Assembly (NCBI GenBank): GCA_964016885.1 | Contig: OZ024757.1 | Coordinates: 29,388,001-29,452,000 of the forward strand | DNA from: Eledone cirrhosa | Lineage: Eukaryota | Reading direction: 5' to 3' | Length of the DNA stretch: 64,000 nucleotides | In this document: positions 13,325-25,569 of the stretch, piece after piece | How the letters are laid out: every line of letters starts with the position of its first letter | Numbering within the stretch: the first letter of the stretch is position 1 | Translations under genes and position numbers: made by a program | The notes under the pieces: generated by a model | Database searches by the model: none | Told to the model about the DNA's origin: nothing | What the model saw: the letters and a program-made list of their open reading frames with translations, nothing else

Positions 13325-13811
13325 GAGAGAAAGGGGGAGGGAGGAAGATCGTGGTTGGGTGGGTGTGAGTTAGTGAAAGAGAGGGTGGCTGAGAAGAAGA
13401 GAGGGAAAGAGAAAGAGTGGGGAAGAGAGTGAAATGGAAAGAGAGAGAGAGAGAGGGGGATAGAGTGAAAAAGAATGAGTTGGGGATAACATTGAAAAAA
13501 AGAGGGGCGGGGTCAGTGTGAAATTAAAAGAGAAAGAGAGCGGGGAGAGAGTGGGAAGAACATAGAAGAGTGAGAGAGAGAAAGAGAGAGAGAAAAAGAG
13601 AGAAAGAAAGAAAGAGAGAGAAAGAAAGAGAAAGAAAGAGAGACAGAAAGGAAGAAAGAGAGAGAAAGAGAGGGAGGGAAAGAGAGAGAGGGAAATAGAG
13701 AGAGGGAAATAGAGAGAGGGAAAGAGAGAGAGAGAGGGAAATAGAGAGAGGGAAAGAGAGAGAGAGAGAATGAGAGAGAGAGAGAGAATGAGAGGGTGGA
13801 AAGAGAGAGAG

Positions 13812-13842
<31 letters not shown>

Positions 13843-13980
13843 AATAGAGAGAGAGGTAGTGAAATGACAGGAGGAAAATTGACAAGCATAGATATATATA
13901 GAGAGAGAGACAATGAGAATAGTAGAAAAAAGAAAGAATGAAAGAAAGAAAGCAAGAACGCAAGAAAAAAAGAGCGCAAG
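13325..13980. repeat. GA-rich polypurine low-complexity tract
   Basis: (GA)n, (GAAA)n and gagagagggaaata units. Confidence 0.9.
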
Positions 13981-14504
13981 AAATGCAGTGATAGATGCCA
14001 CAGAAATGTGTACCATTAACGTAATTCTTCGCAACATTCAGCATGTCAGTCTGTGACAATGCTGACACGTTAAACTACATGGATAACACATTTTTCTTGT
14101 GTTGTGATGTTCGGTTGTTCTTTTTCAAAAGAATTCTTTATTATATTCGTAGAGTTGGCTTAAAAAACCATTGTTGATTACATATATATGAAAAAGAAAG
14201 ATAAAAGCCAAATTAAGTAATGAGAAAAGAGGTAAGGGGTAAGAAGGGGCAGATTTGGCTGTATGAGGAAGTAGAGGAAAGGACTATAAAAGCAATAAAT
14301 TAGGGGGAAAGGCAAGAAAAAGCAAGTACTCTAGAGTCACAGAAGAATGGGAGGGGAAGGGTAAGGAAGGGCAGTTCTGGCTGTATGAGAAAGAAGCGGT
14401 AACGATTCTAAGTGCCATAAATAAGAGGAAAAGAAGGAAAAAGCAAGGACTCTTGGGCCACAGAAGAAATGGGGCAACGTGAAATAATGTCTTGCTCAAG
14501 GGCA

Positions 14505-14532
14505 GACGTTTCGGACGTAAGTCCTTCATCAG
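14505..14532 (-). ncRNA. Minimal hammerhead core (Penelope-type)
   Basis: Minus strand CTGATGA-AGGAC-TTAC-GTCC-GAAACGTC. No clear adjacent stem I. Confidence 0.55.
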
Positions 14533-14745
14533 GAGAGTTGGGGAAGGAACTCCGAGAGGGAGAGTGAGGGGGGGGGGAGTTAGCGGGGAAAATATGAAAG
14601 GACATATATATAAAAGTAGAACACTGGAAGGTAATATCCGTAGTGATAGAGCATTCATTCCATGGGACGAGTTTGGTAGAAGTAGTAACACAACAGTTAG
14701 TTCACCATACCAAGAACAATTGTTTCACCCTTGTGTTACTACTTC

Positions 14746-14790
<45 letters not shown>

Positions 14791-15131
14791 AAAATTAAAT
14801 TAAAGGTGTCATGTCTGAGAGACATGCGACATATCCACTGCAGAATATGCTCAAAGATTCCAATGAATAGATCCGAGCATTTTATATCAACTAGAAATTG
14901 ATTGACATGTATATATATATATATATATGTCAATCAATTTCTAGTTGATACATATATATATATATTTCTAGTTGATATATATATATATATACACACACAT
15001 AAGAACATATATATATATATACACATGAGTACATAAATATATATATATATATACCCTTTTACTTTTTCATCTATCTCTATATACGTTATATGTACAACAA
15101 CGCGGAACTCGCTATTCACATGATAACACAT

Positions 15132-15178
<47 letters not shown>

Positions 15179-15189
15179 ATATTTATATA

Positions 15190-15230
<41 letters not shown>

Positions 15231-15829
15231 GGGAGTCATGGCAAATAGAAAGATGTCTAATAATTCTATAAATCCATTAATATAGAATCTGTAATAACCC
15301 CTCTCGCCAATACACATACACACACAGACACACAACCCATACACACACAGACACACAACCCATACACACACACATACACAACAACGTGAAATGTTAAAAT
15401 AAAATAAAATATGTATAAAAAGTTACAATCACTTTTTTTGTGTCAGCAAAAATTCGATGAAACTCCTACAGATCATACGAATATTTTCAATTTATCGATC
15501 ACCAGCGAGTTGAATGATCGATATATAATTCTGTGTGATAATACTAACATTATTTCATGGAAAATTTTATTTGATTCAATAATCCAGTTTGTATTGATGT
15601 CGTCTGCGTGACATTATCGTAAAACAAGAGAGAGATGGTGAAAGAAGAAACATATAGAGGTACATTGAAGGAGGGAGAGAGGGAGACAGAGAGTGAACGA
15701 GTTACAGAGAGACAGGGAGAGAAGGAGGGACAAGAAGAGAGAGGGAGAGGAGAGAAGACAATCGGGGAGGTATAAAATGTATATAGTGGACTATAGTTTC
15801 AAGATGTATCGAAAGTGATATATATAAGA

Positions 15830-15876
15830 TATACATAAATATATGTGTGTATATATATAAATATGTGTATATATGT

Positions 15877-15907
<31 letters not shown>

Positions 15908-16146
15908 CATATACATATATATTCATAAATATATGTGTGTATAAATATATATGTATATAAATATATATATACACATATACATATATATTCATAAATATAT
16001 GTGTGTATAAATATATATGTATATAAATATATATATACACATATACATATATATTCATAAATATATGTGTGTGTATAAATATATATGTATATATATATAT
16101 ATATATACACATATACATATATATTCATAAATACATGTGTGTATAA

Positions 16147-16179
<33 letters not shown>

Positions 16180-16350
16180 CACATATACATATATATTCAT
16201 AAATATATGTGTGTATAAATATATATGTATATAAATATATATATACACATATACATATATATTCATAAATATATGTGTGTATAAATATATATGTATATAA
16301 ATATATATATATACATATACATATATATTCATAAATATATGTGTGTGTAT
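15830..16350. repeat. About 66-bp minisatellite built from TA/TG/CA microsatellite
   Basis: The marker attcataaat recurs at 15921, 15987 and 16053. Confidence 0.85.
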
Positions 16351-17519
16351 ATATGTATATATATATATATATATACAATATATATGTACATATATATATA
16401 TATATACATAGATATGTGTGTGTATAAATATATACAGAGAGAGGGAAAACTGAAAGAGAGAGAGGGAGGTGAGTTATAAAGAGTAGAGACAGAAAAATAA
16501 CGAAGGCATAGCGTGTATACAAGCAATATATATTGAGAGATAGAGAGAGAGAGAGAGAAAGATGAAGACAGAGAGAGAATAGAACATTTTAGGAAGTATG
16601 CTGTGGAGTCTAGATGATACATGGACATTGAGAGAGTGGGAGTGTGAAATAGGGATATATAGAAAGAGTATATCGTTGAGAACAGCAACTAGATTCTCTA
16701 ATATTACAAGAGTCTATAAGCTACGGAAGATGTATGTAATTTCAACGAAGAGAAAAAAAAAAGCAAGCCTAATGTTCTGTTGGTTTAGAACCATGAATTA
16801 AATGAATATCAACGTCGACCAGACTTTTGTTTTAGCAGGGAATGTTAGATCAATGACATCCTTACCAGTGGTTTCATCGCAACACATTTCTACGGCTGTA
16901 GAAATGACTTGCAGCTTCACTGGTGTCTAGCTATATCAGCCACTGCCTTTCCCTTGGACAACATGGCTACCATGAATAAGGGAAAATTGGTATGCATGGA
17001 TGACTGTTATTCTTCCAGATGTCTCGAGCCCAGGTTTCTGTCTCGGGAGAGGGGGGGTTATGGTCATTCTACGTGCCAAACTCACGATCATTCCTGACAC
17101 AAAGAAGTCTTTACCCTTTATAAATAAATACCTGTAGTTCTACATCAAGTGGATTCGCAGTAATCATTTAACTCATTGCCTTTCCTTGGCAGAACAAATT
17201 CCCGTAAAAAAAAGGGGGAGACTCGTTGTTAATGCACATAGTTTCAGGTCTGTAACGTGGTGTAGAGCTAAACAGAGTGTAAATATAGGTTCATTCTGTC
17301 ATTACAACAGCCGAGATCCGAAGAGCTCTTGATTCAAGAGTCGGGCCAGATCGATACAGATCGAATCTTGAGCTGTTCCATAGCCTAACACGCGTCACCA
17401 ATCAATAAGCGTAATGAAGACTTAACAAATCGTCCTTCTATTATTATATTATATTATATATATATATATAATGTATGCGTGTGTGAAAACGAACATATAT
17501 GTATTTATAAAAAGGATGA

Positions 17520-17722
17520 AGTCGATCGGCTTTCGTCAAATCGGACCGAGGAAACAATGTTTCCGTTGGTCTTTCCAATTGCTAATACTATCTATCGCTC
17601 ACAACTCCAGGTAGAAGGAGCAACGTGAAATAAAGTGTCTTGCTCAAGGACATAACGTATCGTCCAGGAATCGAACTCACAACCTCACGGTTGCGAATCC
17701 AGTTCTCTAACCAATCAGCCAT
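17520..17722 (-). mobile_element. tRNA-derived CORE-like SINE (family F; second copy at 39300-39495 -)
   Basis: Minus strand ggctgattggttagag...gagttcgattcc...gtccttgagcaagacactttatttcacgttgctcc. The tail tcggaccga.gaaacaatgtttcc.ttggtctttccaattgcta is shared with 39330-39375. Confidence 0.8.
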
Positions 17723-17819
17723 ATATATATATATATAGTTATACTTTGGGAGGGTCATGTTGCCAATAAGAAACACACGCACCAGTTGCTTTCACTCCAA
17801 TTTATTATAAATTCAGAAA

Positions 17820-17852
<33 letters not shown>

Positions 17853-17919
17853 TTATTCCGGGTTGAATCGGAGGTAACCACAGTAAGTAAGGTACTCAAT
17901 ACATAGCAGAGTTAAGAAG

Positions 17920-18328
17920 TTTTAATATAATAGACCTTCTATAGGACTAGAACTGTTTCATTCGTGAGAAATCAGCAGGAAGCTGGCTGTCCAAGTAAAT
18001 GGTAGTATTTATGTCTTTCCTTATCTGGTGGTAGGAGAGGGTGGGGATTGGGAAAGGTGTAGGTTATTGGTTGAAGGATGTAAAGAAAGGGGATTCATTA
18101 AAAGCTAATTCTTTAAAGCTATAATATTATATTAAAGAATTAGCTTTTAATGAATCCCCTTCCTTTACATCCTTCAACCAATAACCTACACCCATCCCAA
18201 TCCCCACCCTCTCCTACCACCAGATAAGGAAAGACATAAATACTACCATTTACTTGGACAGCCAGCTTCCTGATGATTTCTCACGAATGAAACAGTTCTA
18301 GTCCTGTAGAAGCTCTTCTATATTAAAA
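17920..18328. repeat. Near-perfect foldback with about 195-bp arms (17920-18116 / 18132-18328) between (TA)n tracts
   Basis: The arms are reverse complements with only a few mismatches. The loop is about 15 nt. Confidence 0.95.
18264..18314 (+). ncRNA. Type I hammerhead ribozyme in the right arm of the foldback
   Basis: AGCTTC-CTGATGA-T TTC tcac GAA T-GAAA-CAG ttctagtc CTG-TA-GAAGCT. Stem I 6 bp, stem II 3 bp, stem III 4 bp including A15.1-U16.1, GUA cleavage triplet. Confidence 0.75.
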
Positions 18329-19360
18329 TCTATATATTTATATATATATAGTTATTGTATGGTTACAATAAATGCGTCCGTAGGCGGTATGCCGTTTGGG
18401 CAGTCGGTGCTCGCGCAGGGAAGAGTATATTATTATTAGATAACGTGGGATCAGTGATGCATCAGCATACAATTTATTAACATATTACATATGTTTCTCC
18501 GACGATTAGCTCAAGGCAGGATCTATTATAGATCGAACCTGACTCTGCATTCGCAAGGTCCTCAGATATGTTTAGTGTTTTCAAAACATTTCATCTGATA
18601 TATATCATTTGTTTTATTATATCAAATATACAACATAAAATAGTTTATTACATTATCATATTATTATTTTTCAAATCCGTATGTCGGTGAGTTAACCATA
18701 CAAAAAGTTAAGCAATATATAATGAAAGACAAAAGTAAATAACATTTTACTAATACACGGCTATTTATACTATTTATCCAACAATAGATCAGTGTGCAAT
18801 ACATACAATGTTCTACAATATATTTAATAATAACGATACGATCAAAATCGATAAACACCACTAGTCTGCCGAATTTCTGAAATCTATAACAAGACTTAAG
18901 TTAATTAAGACAGTAGAAGCGACGATAAAGAACGCAGGAATATTAGTATAAAAACACAACATTAAATAGTATTAAAATATATGCCGTACACATACATATA
19001 TGTACACAAACACAAATATATTTGTCTATATTGAAAAAGACACACACATACATACATACATAGGTACACACACACATATAATAGATATAGTATATATATA
19101 TATATAGTAATAATAAATCATATATATATCCATATATATATATATAGTGCCGTTTGTTTTGTTATTTCTGTTTACCTTTTGCATATACATATATTTATGT
19201 GTGTGTATAAATATATATATATGTACCTATATATATATATATACATACATACATACATACATACATAAGTACATACATACATAGATACTTACACACACAT
19301 GTGCATATATATATATATACATACATAAGTACATACATAGGTACTTACACACACATGTGC

Positions 19361-19407
<47 letters not shown>

Positions 19408-19880
19408 TATTCAAAATAAGTTTCAAATACGAAAGAAAAAATATAATACAATATAAATGAAAATAAAATAAGTAAACTACCAAAAAGATTTCATTAGGTG
19501 GAATATATTTCATCGAACAGTAAGTCTAACTGGATCGATATAATCTATTACTGGTGTGTAATAATGTAATGTAATTGGCGTCGTAGAAGTGGTGAAATTC
19601 ATTATAAAATATGCTATTACGCTAGACATTGAACCGTGGAACTGCTCAGCATGGAGCTATAGACAAACTGATAGGTATATATGGCTGTAGATGATTAACA
19701 CTGTATCATTTGTTCAAAACCAGGAATGGTTTTAATGTCTTTAATAATACATCGTGTATCGTTTTGAATTGCGGTTCGTTTCGGTCCCTTTGACTATACT
19801 ATATATATTTATCTAAAGATTTTTTTTTTCAATTACAACCCGCCCGTCCCCTCAATCTATCTGATTTCTCATTCTTTCTT

Positions 19881-19909
19881 CTGATGAAGGACTAGCGTCC
19901 GAAACGTTA
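19881..19909 (+). ncRNA. Minimal hammerhead core (Penelope-type)
   Basis: CTGATGA-AGGAC-TAGC-GTCC-GAAACGTTA with palindromic AACGTT stem III. Stem I is not evident. Confidence 0.55.
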
Positions 19910-20067
19910 TTACCCTCTTCCTGCGATATCAAGCGTTAACCTAATATATCCCATCTATATACTGTACCGATTGTGTTGCTATTTTTGTTTACCTTTACAC
20001 ATGCATACATATATATAAGAAGAAATAGGGGCTGTGTAGTTGGTGGATAAGTTGTACTTATAAATAG

Positions 20068-20199
20068 GAGGAAAGCATGAACGGGAGAACATTTTCCTTC
20101 ATCAGTTGTCTGTTGGGGGTCTGGGATATGTCTACGCAGAAATATCCAAGACCCCCACAGACAACTGATGAAGGAAAATTTTCTCCCGATCATGCTTTC

Positions 20200-20202
<3 letters not shown>
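20068..20202. repeat. Foldback with about 65-bp arms, each carrying CTGATGAAGG (degenerate hammerhead-like)
   Basis: gaggaaagcatga...ttcatcagttgtctgttggggg / cccccacagacaactgatgaagg...catgctttcctc. Confidence 0.85.
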
Positions 20203-20240
<38 letters not shown>

Positions 20241-20424
20241 ATGTATGTATACATATTAGTACAGATTAAAAGTTTAAGCAACGAATTTCTACTTTCACCC
20301 TCAGGCCTATTAGCTGAAACATGTGTGTGTGTGTGTGTGCGCGCGCGTGTGCGTGTGTGAGTGTCTGTATGTCTGTGTGTGTGTGTGTGTTTGTTTGTGG
20401 AACCAGGAAGGGATTTTATATATT

Positions 20425-20539
20425 TAGTTTATTAAGGCTAAAATAGTGTGCCTTGCTAGTCTGGTGGCTCGCCTGTTTATCACAGGGTCCAGGTGAAACT
20501 CCAAAGTAACAAGATTCACTATTTAGCTTATAAATAAAA

Positions 20540-20596
<57 letters not shown>

Positions 20597-20641
20597 TCAT
20601 TTTATTTATAAGCTAAATAGTGAATCTGTTACTTTGGATAA

Positions 20642-20674
<33 letters not shown>

Positions 20675-20895
20675 CGTGTGTTTTTGCATGTGGTTGACTG
20701 CTGAGAAGTAAAGTGTACTCAATACCGATGTATAGTATTAATATTCCTTTTATTATGGCTAAATAGTGAGTTTTATTACTTTGTAGTTTCTCCTTTTAAC
20801 CACATGGGTAACATTGTCTGTCTGATGACGCTGTGATAAACAGTCGAAACTCCACAGTAACGAGACTTACTATTTCGCCTTAATGAAATAAATCT
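20425..20895. mobile_element. Nest of alternately oriented pLTR-like fragments with a hammerhead-like core at 20822-20850
   Basis: The segment gaaactcca.agtaac.aga.t.actattt.gc recurs at about 20425-20485 (-), 20494-20555 (+), 20592-20638 (-), 20745-20790 (-) and 20822-20895 (+). The last has CTGATGA-CG CTGT gataa ACAG TC-GAAAC. Confidence 0.7.
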
Positions 20896-20915
20896 ATTTC
20901 CCTCTCTCTCACTCT

Positions 20916-20952
<37 letters not shown>

Positions 20953-20971
20953 CACACACACATACATACAT

Positions 20972-21073
20972 AGAGGATGTCCCCAAAAAATTCATACACA
21001 CTTTCATTACCTGTACAGGCAATATTTATTAGAATGCTGTTGAAGCGTGTAGATATTTTGTGGGACACCCTGT
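20972..21073. mobile_element. Tc1/mariner-type MITE remnant (a matching end also at about 2805-2840)
   Basis: TIR-like gaggatgtccccaaaaaa ... ttttgtgggacaccctg inside a (TATG)n tract. Confidence 0.55.
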
Positions 21074-21109
21074 CTATGTATGTATGTATGTATATATATG
21101 TCGGGTCAC

Positions 21110-21635
21110 TCTTAAGTGATACTGGTAACATGTAACCCAGTACAACCTGTCGCATGGTCGGGTCGTCGGCGACTAAACCGGCAACCCCACCAAGTTTACT
21201 TGGCGAGGGGGGTTATTTTGGACACCCTGCAGGACAAAAAACAAAAACCTGACAAAGAGCAGAAGAACTCATAAGAGTCAACGGCCATCCAAAGTGTGTA
21301 AATATGTATATACACATGTACTGCGCAGTTAAATCACTGGGAGTGAAGGACCCTAGCCTTTTTTCAGGGCATTCTTCTAGGAGAAGGCAACTCAGGAAAC
21401 TGGGATAACTCAGATATAAAACCTGCGGCTCAGTAGTTACCGATGATGTTGATTTTTTCTTCTTTTCGGGTTATAGTTACTGTCGCTCAGAGAGTGGGAT
21501 TGGCTCAGTGCATAGTCTTTCCTCATTTTAAAAAATATCTTCACGCACAGGCATTACACAATAGAATTAATTAATAATTATTAATAATGGTATATCATGC
21601 AATGGCCATACTCGATAACGATGGTCAGCCATCAC
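21110..21635 (+). mobile_element. Bipartite non-autonomous RTE-like element (5'UTR-like part plus RTE 3' tail)
   Basis: Body shared with 35108-35490 (ctggtaacatgta.cccagtacaacctgtc...ttctaggagaagg.aactc). It ends ggccatactcgataacgatggtcagccatc, similar to the RTE 3' UTR at 35031-35062. Confidence 0.75.
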
Positions 21636-21760
21636 ACACACACACATATATATATATGCATATATATATAACAAAAGGGTCAGCACCCTGGTGGGTTATG
21701 GTCCACCTGATATCTTACCACACCCTCTTTGTTTTATATATATATAAATATATATATATA

Positions 21761-22304
21761 TAAGATAAGTTATTTAGGTAAATAAACTAGAACTATTGTA
21801 CTTAGTTATTAAATTAAATATACTGCAAGATTAAATGCCATTGCATGTTTGTAGTTTTACCCTTTAACGAAAAAAGAACATTCTACCTTTAATTCTAAGA
21901 CATCTGTTACACCATCCGCTCTCAGAATGATGGCTATGGAATATCTGAGAGATTACTAAAAAATTATTTTATTCGCTCAGATACAAGGGTGGGGATTGGT
22001 TTCCAATGTTTCTTTGTATAAGATAAATATATATATATAAGATATGTTATTTAGGTAAATAAACTAGAACTATTGTACTTAGTTATTAAATTAAATATAC
22101 TGCAAGATTAAATGTCATTGCATGTTTGTAGCTTTACCCTTTGACGAAAAAAGAACATTCTACCTTTAATTCTAAGACATCTGTTACACCATCCGCTCTC
22201 AGAATGATGGCTATGGAATATCTGAGAGATTACTAAAAAATGATTTTATTCGCTCAGATACAAGGGGGGGGGGGATTTGTTTCCAATGTTTCTTTGTATA
22301 AGAT
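21761..22304. repeat. Recent direct duplication of about 265 bp (21761-22024 / 22038-22304), each copy preceded by (TA)n
   Basis: Near-identical copies taagata.gttatttaggtaaataaactagaac...ttccaatgtttctttgtataagat. Confidence 0.9.
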
Positions 22305-22781
22305 GGTGCTGGGTTTCTAACTATTCTATTATATAAAATATTGCACGGGGATCGCACGTAAACTGTCGTAACTCCCAAACAAAAAAGAACGTCTTCGTAC
22401 AGGGAGTTAACACAGCAAACGTCAGCAAAATTGATGGTAATTTACAAACTTGATAATTAACAAAAATAATATTCAGGAATATTTATTAGAAAAATGAGTA
22501 ATTAGCAAAATGCGTAATTAGCAAAAATAATAATTAACGAAAATAGTCATAATTAACAAATACTAATATTATTTAGCAGAATTAATTGACATAATTATCA
22601 AGTATAATTTACTGAAATAATTTTTGCTTGGTTTGATTGAAAGGTTTCTCGAAAGGTTCTTTTAGTGTTCGTAGGGACCTGATTCTCGTCAGAAATGTTA
22701 GTAACAGTACCAGGGTTGTATAAAATTGCTTTGGTGCCCTAAACACTTAAATTACGTCCCTCTACCCCCCTCTCACAAATG

Positions 22782-23072
22782 TACATACATCATTGCTGCA
22801 AACTCTGCTTAGAGTATTGCAATCGCTTGTCAGATAGAGTTTGGTACACTTTAAGGCTATGGCCAGTCACACATACATGTGAACAAGCAATGCCTGTGCT
22901 TTGAAGTTTTTTAAAGTGGGGAAAGACCTTGCACTCGACCAATCCCAACTCTTGGAGCGTCGAAAACACTATCCGAAAAGGAGAACTGGTCAAGATCATC
23001 GGTTTTTTTTTCAGAGTTTCCCTCTCCTAGAAAAGTGTTTTGACAACAACTGGGGGCCTTTCACTCCCATGT
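22782..23072 (-). mobile_element. Bipartite RTE-like non-autonomous element, 5'-truncated
   Basis: Minus strand gggagtgaaaggcccc...ttctaggagagggaaactctg...gcacaggcattgc...atactctaagcagagtttgcagcaatgatgtatg. Confidence 0.7.
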
Positions 23073-23435
23073 GCATATATACATATATATATACATATAT
23101 ATATATATTAGTCACCCCCAAATAAATAAATAAATGTATATATATATATATATATATAGTCTGCCAAAAAACATTTTTCGAATGATAAATATATTTAATT
23201 TAGACCTCCTACCCTGGTGCTCTAAGCATGTGCTTATTTTGCTCAATGGTTAATTCACACCCTGGGGGGTACTTAAATTCTAGAGGTTGGAACTTTTGAA
23301 TGATTTTGTGTGTCGCTTTAAATTTAATATCGTTAGACGTTTATGTATGGATATTCTTGAAGGCATGTCGTTACAATTTCTCTGCGTGAAGGCATGACAG
23401 GAAGCTTTTGTTTCCCGTGTTCAGTATTATGTATG

Positions 23436-23601
23436 TGGATTGGCAGTATCGGTAGAGAGTCGGACGCCATGCTTTCCAGCATAGTTACGTCCCTTTATAG
23501 TCTGAGTTCAAATCCCGCCGAGGTTAACTTTGCCTTTCATCTTTACTGGGTCGATAAAATAAAGTAATTTCTGGTCTTGTGCCAAAACTAGAAACAATTA
23601 T
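23436..23601 (+). mobile_element. SINE family A
   Basis: gtggattggcagtatcggtagagagtcggacgccatgc...gtcgataaaataaagta. Confidence 0.85.
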
Positions 23602-24694
23602 GTATTTACGAGTAGGTGGAGTCAAGATCTTGCATCTTTCCGTTGCACATAGATACAAAACAAGTGCCCACATTGGTACAGCTCCAGATAAGTGAAATGT
23701 CCGTTGATATAAGTGCAATGCGATGCCTGTGGAGAAATATATTTGATGCTTCAATGAAAGAAAAGAGATCTTCTGTCTTGATATAATAAGATACTGTCCC
23801 AAGAGCAAACGAATATAACTGCCGTATCTATCAGAAAATGAAAATATGGTGTGTATGTGAGTGTCAATTGCAATGAATATAAACTATACACACATATCTG
23901 TGTATATACAAATATACATATAGATAAACATACGTATACATTAGTCATAACAGTCTATTGCAAAGTAGTGTGGGGCAGAGGAAAGTGGGGATTGAAGCGT
24001 ATAGTTTATGCGTTGTTTATCGCAGAATAGTGTAAAACTGAACTGAATGAGACGACGGTAAGAAGATAACAGAATAAGCACAATGTCGTTTGAGCTTCAG
24101 TTCACAAAATAGGGAAATACATTAGGAGGTTGCTGTGAATAAACCTCTAAATCACGTTTTTTTAATCAAAATTCATGAGGAACGAGTGAATGAAAGCTGC
24201 TAGTTAACTCATGAGGTTACCTGGTACACCAGAAAAGGTTATAATGTTTACAGCTCATAATATACAAAGCCTGGAAATGACAAATATTTCTTACTACACT
24301 TTCACCGGCATATTAAATTATTTTCTTAAGATATTCATCAAGCCTAGTTATAAGCGACCACACTATCTCCCTTTGTAATCGATTTTAATTTGTATGGATC
24401 CTGTGTCGATTGAGTTTGTTGTCTCATTGTATTATGCTTATTTTCCATTGCTTCATACATCATTTATAGAAATTACCAACTTCTTCAAACCTAAAGGGAA
24501 TGTCTGTTGAGGTTGCTACGTTCGTTGAATGGAGATTTGCTCTCCTTTACCTCTTTCAACAAGACTTCACAACTATCATTAAATGCTTAGATGTTCTTGC
24601 GTTCGTTGAGTGCGGCGGTTCACTTGCAGTGTAAAAGATACTTTTCCACCCCAAAGAATTAAACATATTATTATTAGTAGTACTAATAATACTT

Positions 24695-24862
24695 TCTGCT
24701 TATGACACAAAGCCAGCAATTACCGCAGTGCATTACTGGTACTTTATTTTATCGACCCCAGTAAGGCAGAGTTAACCTCGGCGGGATTTGAATTTAGAGT
24801 GTAAAGGATTGTAACTCTCTGCTGCCAAGCATGGTGTCCGACGCTCTACTGATAATGCCAAT
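24695..24862 (-). mobile_element. SINE family A
   Basis: ctggtactttattttatcgacccc...ctcggcgggatttgaa...gtccgacgctctactgataatgccaa. Confidence 0.85.
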
Positions 24863-25257
24863 GCACGTCCCTGAGTAGTAGTAGTAGTAGTAGTAGTAGT
24901 ATTGGTCGTAGTAGTAATAGTAATAATGCCAACAATAGGAATAAAAGCAACGTAATAAATATCAAGATTAAAAATAATGTGATTTAGGTTGCTATTGTTT
25001 ATGATGATGATGATGGTGTTGGTGACCATGATGATGATGTTGAAGAATACAACTCTTCATTACGAAGAGAGTTCAACAAGTGTGTGTGTGTGTGTGTGTG
25101 TATGTGTGTGTGTGTGTGTGTGTGCGTGTATCTGTGCCGTAACGTCTCAGACGTCGTGTGATCAATAAGTTGGCTGTCAATATATTTATCATTATTGATT
25201 AAATTTCACTGCACCGAAAACACCTCAATGATATTGTTGTGTGTACTGGTTATATAT

Positions 25258-25299
<42 letters not shown>

Positions 25300-25457
25300 T
25301 TATATATACATTTATATGCACATAAACATATATACACACACACGCATATATATATATATATATATATATGTGTATGTATATGCACATAAACATATATACA
25401 CACATACGCATATATATATATACATGTATATGCACATAAACATATATACACACACAC

Positions 25458-25502
<45 letters not shown>

Positions 25503-25527
25503 CATGTATATGCACATAAACATATAT

Positions 25528-25569
<42 letters not shown>

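Noticed and set aside
13370-14068. Hydrophobic Leu/Ser/Phe ORFs resembling membrane proteins
   Set aside because: Antisense translation of a (GA)n polypurine tract.
16861-17200. Moderately GC-rich unique stretch, possible exon or transposase relic
   Set aside because: Frames are interrupted on both strands and no motif could be assigned by eye.
17600-17722. tRNA genes here and at SINE A heads
   Set aside because: A/B-box-like motifs run directly into SINE bodies and no complete cloverleaf forms.
23607-23828. 73-codon open frame on the minus strand with possible splice sites
   Set aside because: No recognisable domain and no partner exons, and the opposite strand is also open. Unsupported.
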